Of a DNA stretch of 64,000 nt, positions 9,420-19,192 are shown one piece after another. The notes under the pieces are model-generated. The model did no database searches, was not told the DNA's origin, and was given only the letters and a program-made list of their open reading frames with translations. Source of the stretch: Amoebidium appalachense (lineage: Eukaryota; Protista; Ichthyosporea); assembly GCA_963693365.1 (NCBI GenBank), contig CAVNZM010000002.1, forward strand, positions 13,053,615-13,117,614, given 5' to 3'. How positions within the stretch are numbered: position 1 is the stretch's first letter; each line of letters opens with the position of its first letter. The translations under genes were made by a program, and so were the position numbers.

Positions 9420-9548
9420 CTAGGCAAAGTACCCGTTCAGCTCGTTCAGCAGGTTCAGCAGCATGGCCGCAAACAGCACGAACGTGGCAATCAGTCGCGC
9501 GTACTTGAGCTTGTAGTCAAACGTCCATTGGTCGGGCAGGAGCTTCAT
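9420..9548 (-). CDS. 42-aa single-TM microprotein
   Basis: Hand translation MKLLPDQWTFDYKLKYARLIATFVLFAAMLLNLLNELNGYFA*; strongly GC3-biased; below the ORF-track size cutoff. Confidence 0.6.
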   Translation of the reverse strand: MKLLPDQWTFDYKLKYARLIATFVLFAAMLLNLLNELNGYFA

Positions 9549-9597
9549 GTTGCTTCAGCCCCCTATTTTATTGCCTGGTTGCCCCGTCCCCACCCCC

Positions 9598-10704
9598 TTA
9601 CCCCTCCTTCGTCTCCTTGCCCTGGTTCAACATCTCCGCCAGCCTTCGCTTGCGCGCCTGCATGCGCGTGCGCGTCTCCTGGTCCACGTAGTCGTCGTCG
9701 TCCGAGGTCTCGACGTCCTCGCCGGCCGCCCGGCGTGACTCGCGGTCGGTGACGTAGGCGCCGTAGAGGTCCGTGATGACCCGTGCGTCCTTGTTGATGG
9801 GATGCGGGAACCCGGCCACCAGCTCCGGCAGCCGCGGCGTGCACTTCTGCACGCGCACGCGCACGTACTGCACGCGGAGCATCTCGTAGCGCGCGAGCAG
9901 CGTCTCGTGGTCGTCCTTGAGCTTGTTGAACTGGATCTCCTTCTGCTGCAGCGCGGCCACGCGGGCGTTGAGGTGGCGGATGTGCTCGACGTAGCGCTCG
10001 CACTCGGGGTTGCTGCGCTTCATCTTCTCCAGTTGGTCCTTGAGCAGCTCGTTCTCGCGCTTGGCCGCGTGCAGCTGGCCCTTGTCCTCCACCGTCTCCT
10101 TGAGCGACTTGTAGTTGGCCCGCAGCTCCACCAGCTCGCGGTTGTTGGTCTCGGCGTTCTGGATGGACTCGCGTGCCTCGCGCAGGTCCAGCATGATCGC
10201 ACGGGCGGTGGACTCGTCCACGCCCTTGCGCTGCAGCGTGCTCTGGTCGCCGATGCCCTGCAGGATGTGCACCAACACGTTGGCAATCTCGCGTGTGAGC
10301 GCGCCGTTGCTGCGGTTGGTCCCGTTCAGCTGCTCGCGGAACCGGGACATGTCAATGGGCAACTTCCACACGACCTCCTTCGAGTCCTTGTTTATATTCC
10401 CGTCCTTGTCCAAAGTGGGCATGTCCGAAAACACCAGCTCCACAGCCATTGTAGCAGTGGAGTTGTCACTGGCAAATGATTGCAGGGCAGTTTCGATGGC
10501 CGGCGGGAGTTTGTTGTAGATGTCGCCTATCACTTTCTGGTGGCTCGAGATGACGGCGTTGTTTTGGTTCAACAGCTTGGCGATCATATCGGTTACACTC
10601 TTGATGTCCTGTGTTTGCACGATGCCACTCGGCCCTCCACCCCCAAACCTCAATTTCGTGAGGATCTCTATAGCCCTGTTAAGATCATCCTGGCTCATGC
10701 TCAT
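9598..10704 (-). CDS. Coiled-coil hypothetical protein
   Basis: Long heptad-rich ORF with acidic/basic tail; AATAAA downstream (~9567). Confidence 0.75.
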   Translation of the reverse strand: MSMSQDDLNRAIEILTKLRFGGGGPSGIVQTQDIKSVTDMIAKLLNQNNAVISSHQKVIGDIYNKLPPAIETALQSFASDNSTATMAVELVFSDMPTLDKDGNINKDSKEVVWKLPIDMSRFREQLNGTNRSNGALTREIANVLVHILQGIGDQSTLQRKGVDESTARAIMLDLREARESIQNAETNNRELVELRANYKSLKETVEDKGQLHAAKRENELLKDQLEKMKRSNPECERYVEHIRHLNARVAALQQKEIQFNKLKDDHETLLARYEMLRVQYVRVRVQKCTPRLPELVAGFPHPINKDARVITDLYGAYVTDRESRRAAGEDVETSDDDDYVDQETRTRMQARKRRLAEMLNQGKETKEG

Positions 10705-10767
10705 TTGCTCTTGCCCCACATAATGCAGCTTTGGCCACACCCCACCGCATTATTCCCTTGGTCAACA

Positions 10768-10998
10768 ATGTCCGTGCTCGCCAACGTGATGATGTTTGTC
10801 TTCTGGGCGCTCGCCGTCGGCTCCATGGCCGGGTTCATGAGCCTGTACAGCGCCATGACGAAGGAGAAGTGCGTCGAGGCCGCCGTGAAGAACAGGTACG
10901 AGGCCTCGAACACTGCCGTGATGGTGGCCCTGGTGGTCACCGTGTTTGCGTACCTCATCTACGGCGTGTACGCGTCGGCCTCCTCCGCGCAGGTATAA
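10768..10998 (+). CDS. Small two-TM membrane protein
   Basis: MSVLANVMMFVFWALAVGS...VALVVTVFAYLIYGVY; GC3-rich. Confidence 0.75.
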   Translation: MSVLANVMMFVFWALAVGSMAGFMSLYSAMTKEKCVEAAVKNRYEASNTAVMVALVVTVFAYLIYGVYASASSAQV

Positions 10999-11035
10999 AG
11001 GGAGCTCGTCTGCAATTGTTGCGCCCAGTCTCAGT

Positions 11036-11428
11036 ATGGGTGCCGTCGCCTCGCAGCCCATCGTGTGCGCGCCGGTGCAGACCTTCTTCGTCACCACGGA
11101 CGCCGACTGCTCGCCCGTCCTGGTCACCAACCGCCTCATGGGCACGCTGACCGTGGACTCGACCCGCGTGACCGTGTGGGCGTCCACGCGCCCGCTCTAC
11201 TTTCTGCCCACCACGGGCCTCAAGGCCATGCCCCCGGACCAGTACCTGCCGGCGGCCGTGCAGCACGGCTGCGACGCACTGCTGGCGAACCGGCTGGTGC
11301 TGGGGGGCGACCCCGAGTCGCTGGGGCTCGTGCGCCTGGCCGACATGACGCCGCGCGAGTTCAAGCAGTACCGGCCGATCTTCGTGTCCGGCACCGTCAC
11401 CACGTCCGTCACCGTGCCGCAGCTCTAG
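11036..11428 (+). CDS. Putative N-myristoylated virion protein
   Basis: Starts MGAVAS (MGxxxS); TATAAA at 10994 overlaps the upstream stop. Confidence 0.6.
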   Translation: MGAVASQPIVCAPVQTFFVTTDADCSPVLVTNRLMGTLTVDSTRVTVWASTRPLYFLPTTGLKAMPPDQYLPAAVQHGCDALLANRLVLGGDPESLGLVRLADMTPREFKQYRPIFVSGTVTTSVTVPQL

Positions 11429-12083
11429 GCGTCATAGTCTCGCACCACGCCAGGTCCTTGAGGAACAGCCCCATGTTGAAGTACTGCACCAGGCTGTTGA
11501 GGCCCGCCAGGAACGGCCGCCGAAACATCGGGTTGCCGGCCATCCCCGGCACCGGGTGGTTCCAGCGCGACTTGAGCGCCACCTCGAACACCTCGTCCGC
11601 GAGGAACCACTGCATGTTGCGCTTCTCCAGGAAGTCGTACTTGACGCGCAGCGTGCCGTCGCGCACCTCTGTCGACCCCGGCAGAGCCAGCTGGCCTGCC
11701 GACAGCGCCTGGCGCGCAGCCCGGAACCGGTGCGGCAGGTGCGGGTCAAATGGGATCTGCACCATATACGTAATAAAGTAGCGGTTCTGACCGGCCGCTC
11801 CCGCAAACCTGAGCACGTACGCCCGGTCCCGCAGGATGCCCTCGAGCATCGGGCGGGGGATCACAGTGTCCAGTGTCTCCTCGTAGAACTCCATGACCGT
11901 GGTCTCCTCCACGGTCAGGCCCGCCTTGAGCCTCCCGCCAAACACCCCGTACCTCCCGTCACTGTCCTCCTGTCCGAGGAGGAACAGCACGCGGCGGTCG
12001 TGCACGGCGTAGGGCAGCACGCCGGCGCCGATGATGCGACAGTCATCGTCGTGGTAGGGGATGCACATGTCCAGGACTTTCAT
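11409..12083 (-). CDS. NUDIX hydrolase (NCLDV type)
   Basis: GAGVLPYA..LFLLGQE..YGVFGG...EFYEETL Nudix-box region. Confidence 0.85.
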   Translation of the reverse strand: MKVLDMCIPYHDDDCRIIGAGVLPYAVHDRRVLFLLGQEDSDGRYGVFGGRLKAGLTVEETTVMEFYEETLDTVIPRPMLEGILRDRAYVLRFAGAAGQNRYFITYMVQIPFDPHLPHRFRAARQALSAGQLALPGSTEVRDGTLRVKYDFLEKRNMQWFLADEVFEVALKSRWNHPVPGMAGNPMFRRPFLAGLNSLVQYFNMGLFLKDLAWCETMTPRAAAR

Positions 12084-12287
12084 CAAGTGGAGGGGAGATA
12101 ATCTGGGGTGGGGTCGGTGCCAAACTCACCAGAAACTTGGGGGCGAGCGCGCCCGGCCGGTCTGGGTGAATATCGGGTGAACCAGGGTGGCTTCAGCGCG
12201 AAGGGGTCAAAAAACGGTCAAAGCAGCGCAGGTTTGGCCAATATCAGGTGAAGCTAGCGCGAAGTTGGTGAATATTAAACTAAATTG

Positions 12288-12490
12288 GCGCGATCCCCGG
12301 CCAATATCCAGCGAACCCCAAAACGAAGTCGCGCGATCCCCGGCCAATATCCAGTGAACCCCAAAACGATGTCGCGCTATCCTCTGCCAATATCCAGCGA
12401 ACCCCAAAACGAAGTCGCGCGATCCCCGGCCAATATCCAGTGAACCCCAAAACGAAGTCGCGCGATCCCCGGCCAATATCCAGTGAACCA
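12288..12490 (+). repeat. 43-bp tandem repeat, ~4.7 copies, each containing CCAAT
   Basis: Unit gcgcgatccccggccaatatccag(t/c)gaaccccaaaacgaagtc starts at 12288, 12331, 12374, 12417 and 12460. Confidence 0.95.
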
Positions 12491-12499
12491 AAACAAAAC

Positions 12500-12760
12500 C
12501 TCAGTCAATATCGATCGATTCACGGAGCATCCCTTTCAATATTGATCGAATCACGGAGCATCCCTTTCAATAATGCTTGAATCTTAATAACCGTTATTCG
12601 ATCTGATTGGTCGAAAACGGCCAAGATCAATCGAGCCCGGGATTCACACTCTGACCAATCAGAACGCGCAGAAATTCAAAGCCAGTGCTCCGATGTTTCA
12701 GCCAATCAGAGCGCCCCAGATTAGATCACGAGATCCAGCCAGTATGTTTCAACTCATTCG
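12500..12760. promoter_or_regulatory. CCAAT-box cluster in an AT-richer non-coding region
   Basis: ctgattgg, gaccaatcag and gccaatcag, plus a duplicated tcacggagcatccctttcaat. Confidence 0.5.
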
Positions 12761-12946
12761 CAAATATCTTTATTTATTTTGAGAGTGGCCAGGTGCGCTC
12801 CAAATAAAAAAAAGGCAATGCAATCCCGTTGGACCAAACTTGCATCCCGGGCCCCGAATTTTACACACCTGGCCAGCCAGATGATACAAAACACACCCGA
12901 ACCCGCCATCCCCACAGCAGCCCTGCCAATTGTTGGGGATGACAGG

Positions 12947-13837
12947 CTACCCCAGCACGTGCTTCTCCAGGAAGCGCACGGGGTACACCTTGACCGGGCG
13001 CAGGTCCCCCTGCACCATCTTCAACGTCTCCTCGGGCTCGCAGCCCTCCTGCTCGCGCCACGTGCGTGCGAGCATCCGGCCGACCGTGCTGCTGGATCTG
13101 TCGGTGATGCCTCGGTCGACGAGGAACTTGGCCACGGTCACGTACCCGCCGATCGCAGACTCCTCGATGGCCGTGCTGGTTCGGGTAGGGACAAGGATGT
13201 TGGCAAGGGTGTCGTTGAGCAGCATGCGCATGCGTGGGTCCCTGTCGAGGCCAAAGTCTTCCAGCAGGCCACGGTACATGGTGATGTTTTCCATCTCCAG
13301 GCGCCTGACCTCCGCCTCCTCCCGGCGCAGACGCAGCCGACGCTCCTCCTCCAGCTCCTCGCGGCGCCGCTTGCGGTCGGGGGTCTCGTCGGTGCCGTTG
13401 CGGAAGAACTCACGCTCCTCGGGGGTGCTGGCGTCGTAGCGCGCCTCAATCTCGGGGATGAGGGAGACGTCGCCGGAAAGCAGCCGGGCTATGTAGGTGG
13501 CACACGTCCTGCGGAACTCGTGGGCGCGCTTGCCGGGAAGCAGGAAGATGATCTCGAGGAGGACACGGAAGGGGGCTACATCAGTCTGGTTACCCTTGCC
13601 GTTGATTTTCAACCCATGAGTCTGACTCACGAGTTCACTCACGGGTGGATCCTTGCTATCCTTCAGGGCCTTCCAGGCTTGTCGAGCCGCGTCTCGGTTT
13701 CCAAGCACAATGGTTGCGGTATCCAGGACACTCGCCATCTTCGTATCCTCGTCAACACGTAGGACGGTGCCCTTGAACTGGGGGAACTCCCTCCAGAGAA
13801 GCGATATGTCGCCTTTTTTGTTCTGCTCACCAGCCAT
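12947..13837 (-). CDS. Bro/KilA-like viral DNA-binding protein with coiled coil and small C-terminal domain
   Basis: ASVLD...INGKG..T.VAP..LLEIIFLLPGKRAHEFR...LSGDVSLI, a phycodnavirus-type DNA-binding domain. Close paralog at 27378. Confidence 0.8.
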   Translation of the reverse strand: MAGEQNKKGDISLLWREFPQFKGTVLRVDEDTKMASVLDTATIVLGNRDAARQAWKALKDSKDPPVSELVSQTHGLKINGKGNQTDVAPFRVLLEIIFLLPGKRAHEFRRTCATYIARLLSGDVSLIPEIEARYDASTPEEREFFRNGTDETPDRKRRREELEEERRLRLRREEAEVRRLEMENITMYRGLLEDFGLDRDPRMRMLLNDTLANILVPTRTSTAIEESAIGGYVTVAKFLVDRGITDRSSSTVGRMLARTWREQEGCEPEETLKMVQGDLRPVKVYPVRFLEKHVLG

Positions 13838-13843
13838 GCTGTG

Positions 13844-14557
13844 TCAGAATGACGGGTTCTCCCCGGATACGTGGTCTTTTATACCCTCCAGTCCACCCAT
13901 TGCAATCGTCACAATGTCATTCACTACGCTGTACACACAGAATCCCTCTGCGTGCGGGTTGTAGCGCAGCCACCGGCATCCCAGAGCCTTGGTTATGTAG
14001 TTCTGGCGCTCCTCCTCATACACTGGGTTGCGACCGTCATGGTTGTGCTCATCGCACTCGACTGCCAGATTCAGAGCCGGAAAATAGAGATCGATCCGGT
14101 AGGGTTTTACGCAGAATTGTAGCGAGCTTTCAAAGTACGCCGTGCACCGCCGGATAACAGATATTGTTTCGCTTTCGATGTAGGTTTGCATCATCACACC
14201 TACCGGCAATTCAAACTTGGAAGCCCAGTAGGTCTTTCTGTCGGCTGATATTCTGCAACCAGGGAGGATGGCCGCAACTATCTGGCGCATCCCATCCCAA
14301 GGTGCTACCGGCGTCGGCGTGCCTTTGCCATTGATACGGATAACAGAAACACTTGAAACTGTGGATAGACTGGGACTGCTTTTAAACGACTTCCATGCTT
14401 GACGGGCAGCGGCACTGTTACCAAGCATGATGGTCAATGTGTCCAGAACGCTAAACTTCGCAGCATGCCCCTCTCCGTGCACCCTAATCAATTTAAACTG
14501 GGGGAACTCCTTCCAGAGCATCAACATGTCGCCTTTTTTGTTCTGCTCGCCAGCCAT
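13844..14557 (-). CDS. Bro-like DNA-binding domain plus DUF559/Vsr-like endonuclease
   Basis: Same MAGEQNKKGD N-terminus; YRIDLYFP..LAVECDEHNH..R...RYNPH. Confidence 0.85.
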   Translation of the reverse strand: MAGEQNKKGDMLMLWKEFPQFKLIRVHGEGHAAKFSVLDTLTIMLGNSAAARQAWKSFKSSPSLSTVSSVSVIRINGKGTPTPVAPWDGMRQIVAAILPGCRISADRKTYWASKFELPVGVMMQTYIESETISVIRRCTAYFESSLQFCVKPYRIDLYFPALNLAVECDEHNHDGRNPVYEEERQNYITKALGCRWLRYNPHAEGFCVYSVVNDIVTIAMGGLEGIKDHVSGENPSF

Positions 14558-14762
14558 GCTGTGTCCGACTGGCCGCCTCTGCCGGACGCTGCTCTTTTAT
14601 ACCTTCAGACCAGGAGAACAGGAGCCCCGACGCCCGGCACGGTTGGTGTCGGCCTCCCAGGCTGCCAGCCGCTTGTCGTCCAGCCCCAGCTCGCAGTAAA
14701 CTGCATCAACACGGAAAGTGCGCCGGACGTGCACATGTAGCAATCTTTTTGGGGTCCCGGGT

Positions 14763-16904
14763 ATGGCGAATATTCTGGAGGATCTGGACTTGGTGGAAAA
14801 CATGGAGGACGAGGACACGGACAGCATGGAGGACAAGGGCACGGACAGCATGGAGGACGAGGACGCGGATCCCTTCTCAGATGCGTATTTTGAATTCCTG
14901 GAAGCTGCAGGGGTTGTTGAGACTGGCACGACGGTCGACGACTGGTTCTGCGCCGACCCGGCAGACATAAGTGCGCTCCGGACAGGTAGAAACTGGTGGC
15001 CGAACAAGCGCGCGGTTCAGGAGGCCGTGGACAACGGCACGGTGCAGCGGGCGATTGAGCGCCTGCAACAGCAGGGCCTGGAAATGCCCGAAGGACGGGG
15101 GATGGAAGACCTAATAATCGAAACGCTGGTGTTCATGCGCGTGGCCCGCCAGGCACTCTCCGAGTCTGGGATGGTCCGAAAGGTGTCAACCTTGTGGGGC
15201 GGGGAGCCTGAGAACCGCGACCCCTACATACGCGAAAATCTGGAAGATCTGGTGAGCCCCGCCGTGCGCGAAGAGGTAAAGGCGGCCAAGCGCAATGGGG
15301 ACGAGAATGCCATTCAAAATATTATGGATGATCCGGAAATCCGCGCCCAGATCACAGACGCGCTGTGGTGCAGGGCTGCTCGCAGGGCCAATCGTCTCAA
15401 GCGCCTGGAAACAGCTCTGTACATGTCCGAGGGGCTCACCAAGAGAGAGTACATATTCAGGTACGCAGATGAGTTGTTTCCCTCGTACGCCGCGGCACGG
15501 ATACGTGATATACCAATGGGTGATAACGAAGCATGGGAAAGGGCCGTCGAAACTGAAATGCTAGACGAAGCTGTGGTGGAGGAAGTCCGGAAGAAACTTA
15601 TGAAACGCGCCACCAGTATTGGCGGCAAATATGTCGGAATCTTCCAGTTGGCTCTCAACGAGATGATAGCAAGCCACGGTGGCGTCATTCCAAACATGCA
15701 ACAACGTCCCCACAATGGCGATGTCGAAATGGCTGTAGAACCCGAAGCCCCGGATTCGGATTCGATGCCCCAGGCTCCATCTGGTAGCACTGCACCGGTG
15801 TCCGGGTCTGCCATGGATCTTTCGCACGCGGAGGGCGATGAAGATGATGCGAACATTTTCGAATGGACCGCACAAGGCCTTGTCAAACTATTTGCTACGT
15901 TGACCGCTGACTCTCCGCACCAGGCGAATCGGCTTTGTTATGAGCACAAGTGGGAGCTTGTTGACAAGTTTGAGTTGTTCGCGCGCGGTGCGCTCGAGAT
16001 CGCCAGACGACGTCAAATGAAAGAAGATTTGGGCAAAATGCTGAAGGCAGATTTGGACGCAGAAGAGGCAGACGCTAAAGACGAAGAGGACGAGGAGGAC
16101 CGCGCGTTTGTGGTCCCTGATGACGACCCGGAGTTGCAGCCACCAGACAACAATGCACCCGACACCCTTTCCGACGAGCTCCGCGACCTGAGGGCTGCGG
16201 TACAGATTGCACAACCCGAGACCAGGATCGAAGCCGTGAGGCAGGTTCTTGACTGGCTGGCGAGACAGCCGAACGGGGTGTACCACCCACCGCCGCCACG
16301 GATGCTGTTCCACAGGTTGCCGTCTCCATTGGACCTGTCAGACTGGCTCACCCGGACGATTTCTCCCATGGATGAAGAGGACATGAGGATCCCAGAAGGG
16401 GTTTACAACGCGCTGCAGAAGTGGATCAGGTACACGAAACTTAGACGCCTAGAAGCCCTGCGCGCAAATTTCAGACCGGCCCCGTCGACCGCGGAGTTAG
16501 AGGCATACGTAGAGAGAATGTACAGGGCGATCAACGGCTTGCTCCCGGATCGCTTCCACAACCACACTAATGATTGGACGGGACGGTTTGATGCCTACCC
16601 CAGCGAAACAGCAGCCATCATACTCCTTTCTGGGGCAGAACCCCGGGGGGATCCATTGACGGCGGCAGACGGCGACCCCATATTTGCGAGGATGCTCATC
16701 ATCGCCGCAGGGGTCCAGGGATTGCACGATGCAGGGGTTTTTCAGTTTACAGGTGTGGAGTCGCCGGTTAGACCGGTGGTTGAAGACTTGCCATTAGGAC
16801 CGGCTGGCAATACCCGGTGGACGCGGTCTGGAACAACGCATGCCCTGAGGACCACCAAAAGGCAAAGGAGACAACTCAGGCATTACAGGCCACCCGGGCA
16901 GTAA
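14763..16904 (+). CDS. Large acidic hypothetical protein
   Basis: ~713-aa ORF; three 24-bp MEDEDTDS-type repeats near the N-terminus; acidic EDEEDRAFVVPDDD patch. Confidence 0.75.
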   Translation: MANILEDLDLVENMEDEDTDSMEDKGTDSMEDEDADPFSDAYFEFLEAAGVVETGTTVDDWFCADPADISALRTGRNWWPNKRAVQEAVDNGTVQRAIERLQQQGLEMPEGRGMEDLIIETLVFMRVARQALSESGMVRKVSTLWGGEPENRDPYIRENLEDLVSPAVREEVKAAKRNGDENAIQNIMDDPEIRAQITDALWCRAARRANRLKRLETALYMSEGLTKREYIFRYADELFPSYAAARIRDIPMGDNEAWERAVETEMLDEAVVEEVRKKLMKRATSIGGKYVGIFQLALNEMIASHGGVIPNMQQRPHNGDVEMAVEPEAPDSDSMPQAPSGSTAPVSGSAMDLSHAEGDEDDANIFEWTAQGLVKLFATLTADSPHQANRLCYEHKWELVDKFELFARGALEIARRRQMKEDLGKMLKADLDAEEADAKDEEDEEDRAFVVPDDDPELQPPDNNAPDTLSDELRDLRAAVQIAQPETRIEAVRQVLDWLARQPNGVYHPPPPRMLFHRLPSPLDLSDWLTRTISPMDEEDMRIPEGVYNALQKWIRYTKLRRLEALRANFRPAPSTAELEAYVERMYRAINGLLPDRFHNHTNDWTGRFDAYPSETAAIILLSGAEPRGDPLTAADGDPIFARMLIIAAGVQGLHDAGVFQFTGVESPVRPVVEDLPLGPAGNTRWTRSGTTHALRTTKRQRRQLRHYRPPGQ

Positions 16905-17012
16905 ACACGCAAGGACGGCGAGCAACTTGTGAACGAGGTCCGAGAACAAGCGGCGCGCCTCCTCCCCTGAGGGCATCAAAAGGTCAAGAATTGAGGTGGA
17001 TTGATCCCTGCC

Positions 17013-17378
17013 TCAGCGGAGGACCTCCCTTCTCAGCGCAGCGGCCAGCCGCGCGAGCCAGGCGGTGCGGTCGTCGCCCAGGCGTGTGGCAAAGTCAGCA
17101 TAGGACATCTGTGCCGAGAACCATTGACCCTTCTCCTCGTTCCAGTAGCGCAGGCCGTTGACATTGGAAACTTCCATGCGCGGGCACCGGCCACATTCGC
17201 CAAAACGGGCTGTGTCGGCCTCCCAGCCCGCGGCCAGGCGCTTGTCATAAAGCAGGGCGGCACAGGCGGGTGCGTCGCAGGGCGGGTCACGACCGAACAC
17301 CGTGCGCACCGCATCTCGCAGCGCAAGCGCAAGCAGGGTGGTCACGCAGAGGGCCATGAGCAGGAGTACCAGCAGCAT
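17013..17378 (-). CDS. Small secreted or membrane Cys-containing protein
   Basis: Hydrophobic N-terminus MLLVLLLMALCVTTLLALAL; CxxxxC and CxxC motifs. Confidence 0.7.
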   Translation of the reverse strand: MLLVLLLMALCVTTLLALALRDAVRTVFGRDPPCDAPACAALLYDKRLAAGWEADTARFGECGRCPRMEVSNVNGLRYWNEEKGQWFSAQMSYADFATRLGDDRTAWLARLAAALRREVLR

Positions 17379-17426
17379 TGTTACGTCACGGGCGCATTTT
17401 GTGCCGGCTTAATCTTCCTGTAGTGC

Positions 17427-18014
17427 ATGCACATCACGCACGGCGACCGCTTCGTCAGCCGCAACCTCGCGCTGCTCAGCTGCCCGGTGGAGTGGCCCGA
17501 GGACCTGGCCAACACGAGGCACACGGGCATGGGCCTGCGGTGGCGGCGTGACGGCGACAAGGTCACCGCCATGCTCGGTGAGACACGCATGTACTGGAGG
17601 GCGCTGCCCGAGGCCAACGTCGTCACGTTCACCGATGACCCGGCTCAGGCGAGCTCTTTTGGGTTCAGCGACTGCCCGCTCCCGCAGCCCAACCACGTTC
17701 CCGACACGGGTCTGGCGGGCGTGCGGGTGCGTCTGCACGACAAAGACCTGCCGGCTCTCCCCCCACCTAGCGCACCGCCCCAGGGCCGCGTGGAGCTCGG
17801 CGTAGCCTTCTCCATCGGCGTGCTCGGCGTGGGGCCCCTGCCCATGCCCTCGTGGTTTGTGTCCTCGGTCGCAGACACGAGCCCCACCATGCAGTATGGG
17901 TTCCGCGGCGTCAACCTTGCGCTGTGCCTGCTGCACGTGTGGCGCGTGCGCGTGTGCGTGGACCTGTTCCCGTTCCCGGGCCTGACGCTTTTTCTGGCGC
18001 TGCTCGAGCTCTGA
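17427..18014 (+). CDS. Hypothetical protein with hydrophobic C-terminus
   Basis: 195-aa ATG ORF, GC3-rich, divergent from the 17378 gene. Confidence 0.6.
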   Translation: MHITHGDRFVSRNLALLSCPVEWPEDLANTRHTGMGLRWRRDGDKVTAMLGETRMYWRALPEANVVTFTDDPAQASSFGFSDCPLPQPNHVPDTGLAGVRVRLHDKDLPALPPPSAPPQGRVELGVAFSIGVLGVGPLPMPSWFVSSVADTSPTMQYGFRGVNLALCLLHVWRVRVCVDLFPFPGLTLFLALLEL

Positions 18015-18034
18015 TATTTTGTAGCCATCTATCA

Positions 18035-18430
18035 ATGCGTGCGCTGCTCCTGTGTCCCCCCCTGCTTGCACTGGTCCTTGCGGCCCCCGAGTGCCTGGTG
18101 TTTGCGAGCTCGGCAACCCTTGCGGCAACCACCGCGCACGTGCCGCCCAGCTCCACTGCCGAAACAAAGACGTGGTGGGCGACCCTGACGCACGTGGAGA
18201 CCGTTGCAGCCACCACCACAGCCGCCGCTTCGATTCAAACCATCGAAACCACCTCGGCCTCGGAAACTCCCACCGAAACGGACACCGACGTATTCGAGAT
18301 CCCCACCTCCATCACTGAAGGCGACCCAACCGACGAACCCATGCCCACGATGCCCGTGGACCCGCCCGCACCACCCGCCGGGGTGAACGCATCCAACTGG
18401 GAGTGCCGTTGCACGCTCATCAGACGTTAA
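18035..18430 (+). CDS. Secreted mucin-like Thr/Pro-rich protein
   Basis: Signal-like MRALLLCPPLLALVLAA; T/E/P-rich stalk; C-terminal WECRC. Confidence 0.7.
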   Translation: MRALLLCPPLLALVLAAPECLVFASSATLAATTAHVPPSSTAETKTWWATLTHVETVAATTTAAASIQTIETTSASETPTETDTDVFEIPTSITEGDPTDEPMPTMPVDPPAPPAGVNASNWECRCTLIRR

Positions 18431-18510
18431 TCATTTCTCGGAAAACCAGAGTTGGCCTGTCCATTCTTTGTTTTGTTCAGCCACGCCAGCTTTTAATTTG
18501 CGCAAGAAGA

Positions 18511-19014
18511 ATGGACTTGTCAAATGCGATTGCCTTAATCATTCTAATGCTTACTATCGGTGTGTTGGCATGGGCATACATCAAGTACGAACCCAAACCT
18601 GCCCCTGGCAAAAACGACAGTACCCCTAAGCCTGGCCCCGGCAAAAACGACAGTACCCCTGCAGTCGCACGGACACAGTGGTATGCTTTCGACCAAGTGG
18701 GGGACCACAGCACGGACAACACGTTTAACGACTGGCAAGACCCGGTGAACTATGGGTACACGTCGGCCAGTCAGTGCATTAACCGATGCCAATCTATGAG
18801 CGGATGCCAACAGGTGGGCTATTCGCCATGGCAGGATATGGACGGGAAGCGGCCAAAAGGCTATTGCTACATGAGAAAAGCCGTCAAGAAATGGCCGTTG
18901 GATGCGTGGTCAAACAAGTCCGGTGTGGCTGCATCGGAATCGCAGGTCACGTATGTGATGGCCGCACAAGTGCCGGAGAGCGAGAAGCAACATGGCAAGC
19001 TGGTTGAGTTCTAG
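18511..19014 (+). CDS. Type II membrane protein with a PAN/Apple domain
   Basis: N-terminal TM; duplicated 33-bp PGKNDSTP linker; SASQCINRCQSMSGCQQVGY...YCYMR PAN Cys pattern. Confidence 0.75.
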   Translation: MDLSNAIALIILMLTIGVLAWAYIKYEPKPAPGKNDSTPKPGPGKNDSTPAVARTQWYAFDQVGDHSTDNTFNDWQDPVNYGYTSASQCINRCQSMSGCQQVGYSPWQDMDGKRPKGYCYMRKAVKKWPLDAWSNKSGVAASESQVTYVMAAQVPESEKQHGKLVEF

Positions 19015-19192
19015 CATGAATCAGACGAACAAATGTAAGAAAGGCTGGCATTTCCATTGCCCCCTGGTTTGGGTGCACGCTGCTACAAAGATATTTGGCA
19101 ACCTTGTTTTTCTTTGTCGTGTATATGGCCAATTTGATGGCTGTTTGATCTTGTGTCTAGAGCTGGCTTCTTTTTTATTGTGCCCCAATGTA

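Noticed and set aside
12288-12490. CRISPR or coding repeat (ORF 12207-12491)
   Set aside because: Head-to-tail 43-bp units without spacers; the unit length is not a multiple of 3.
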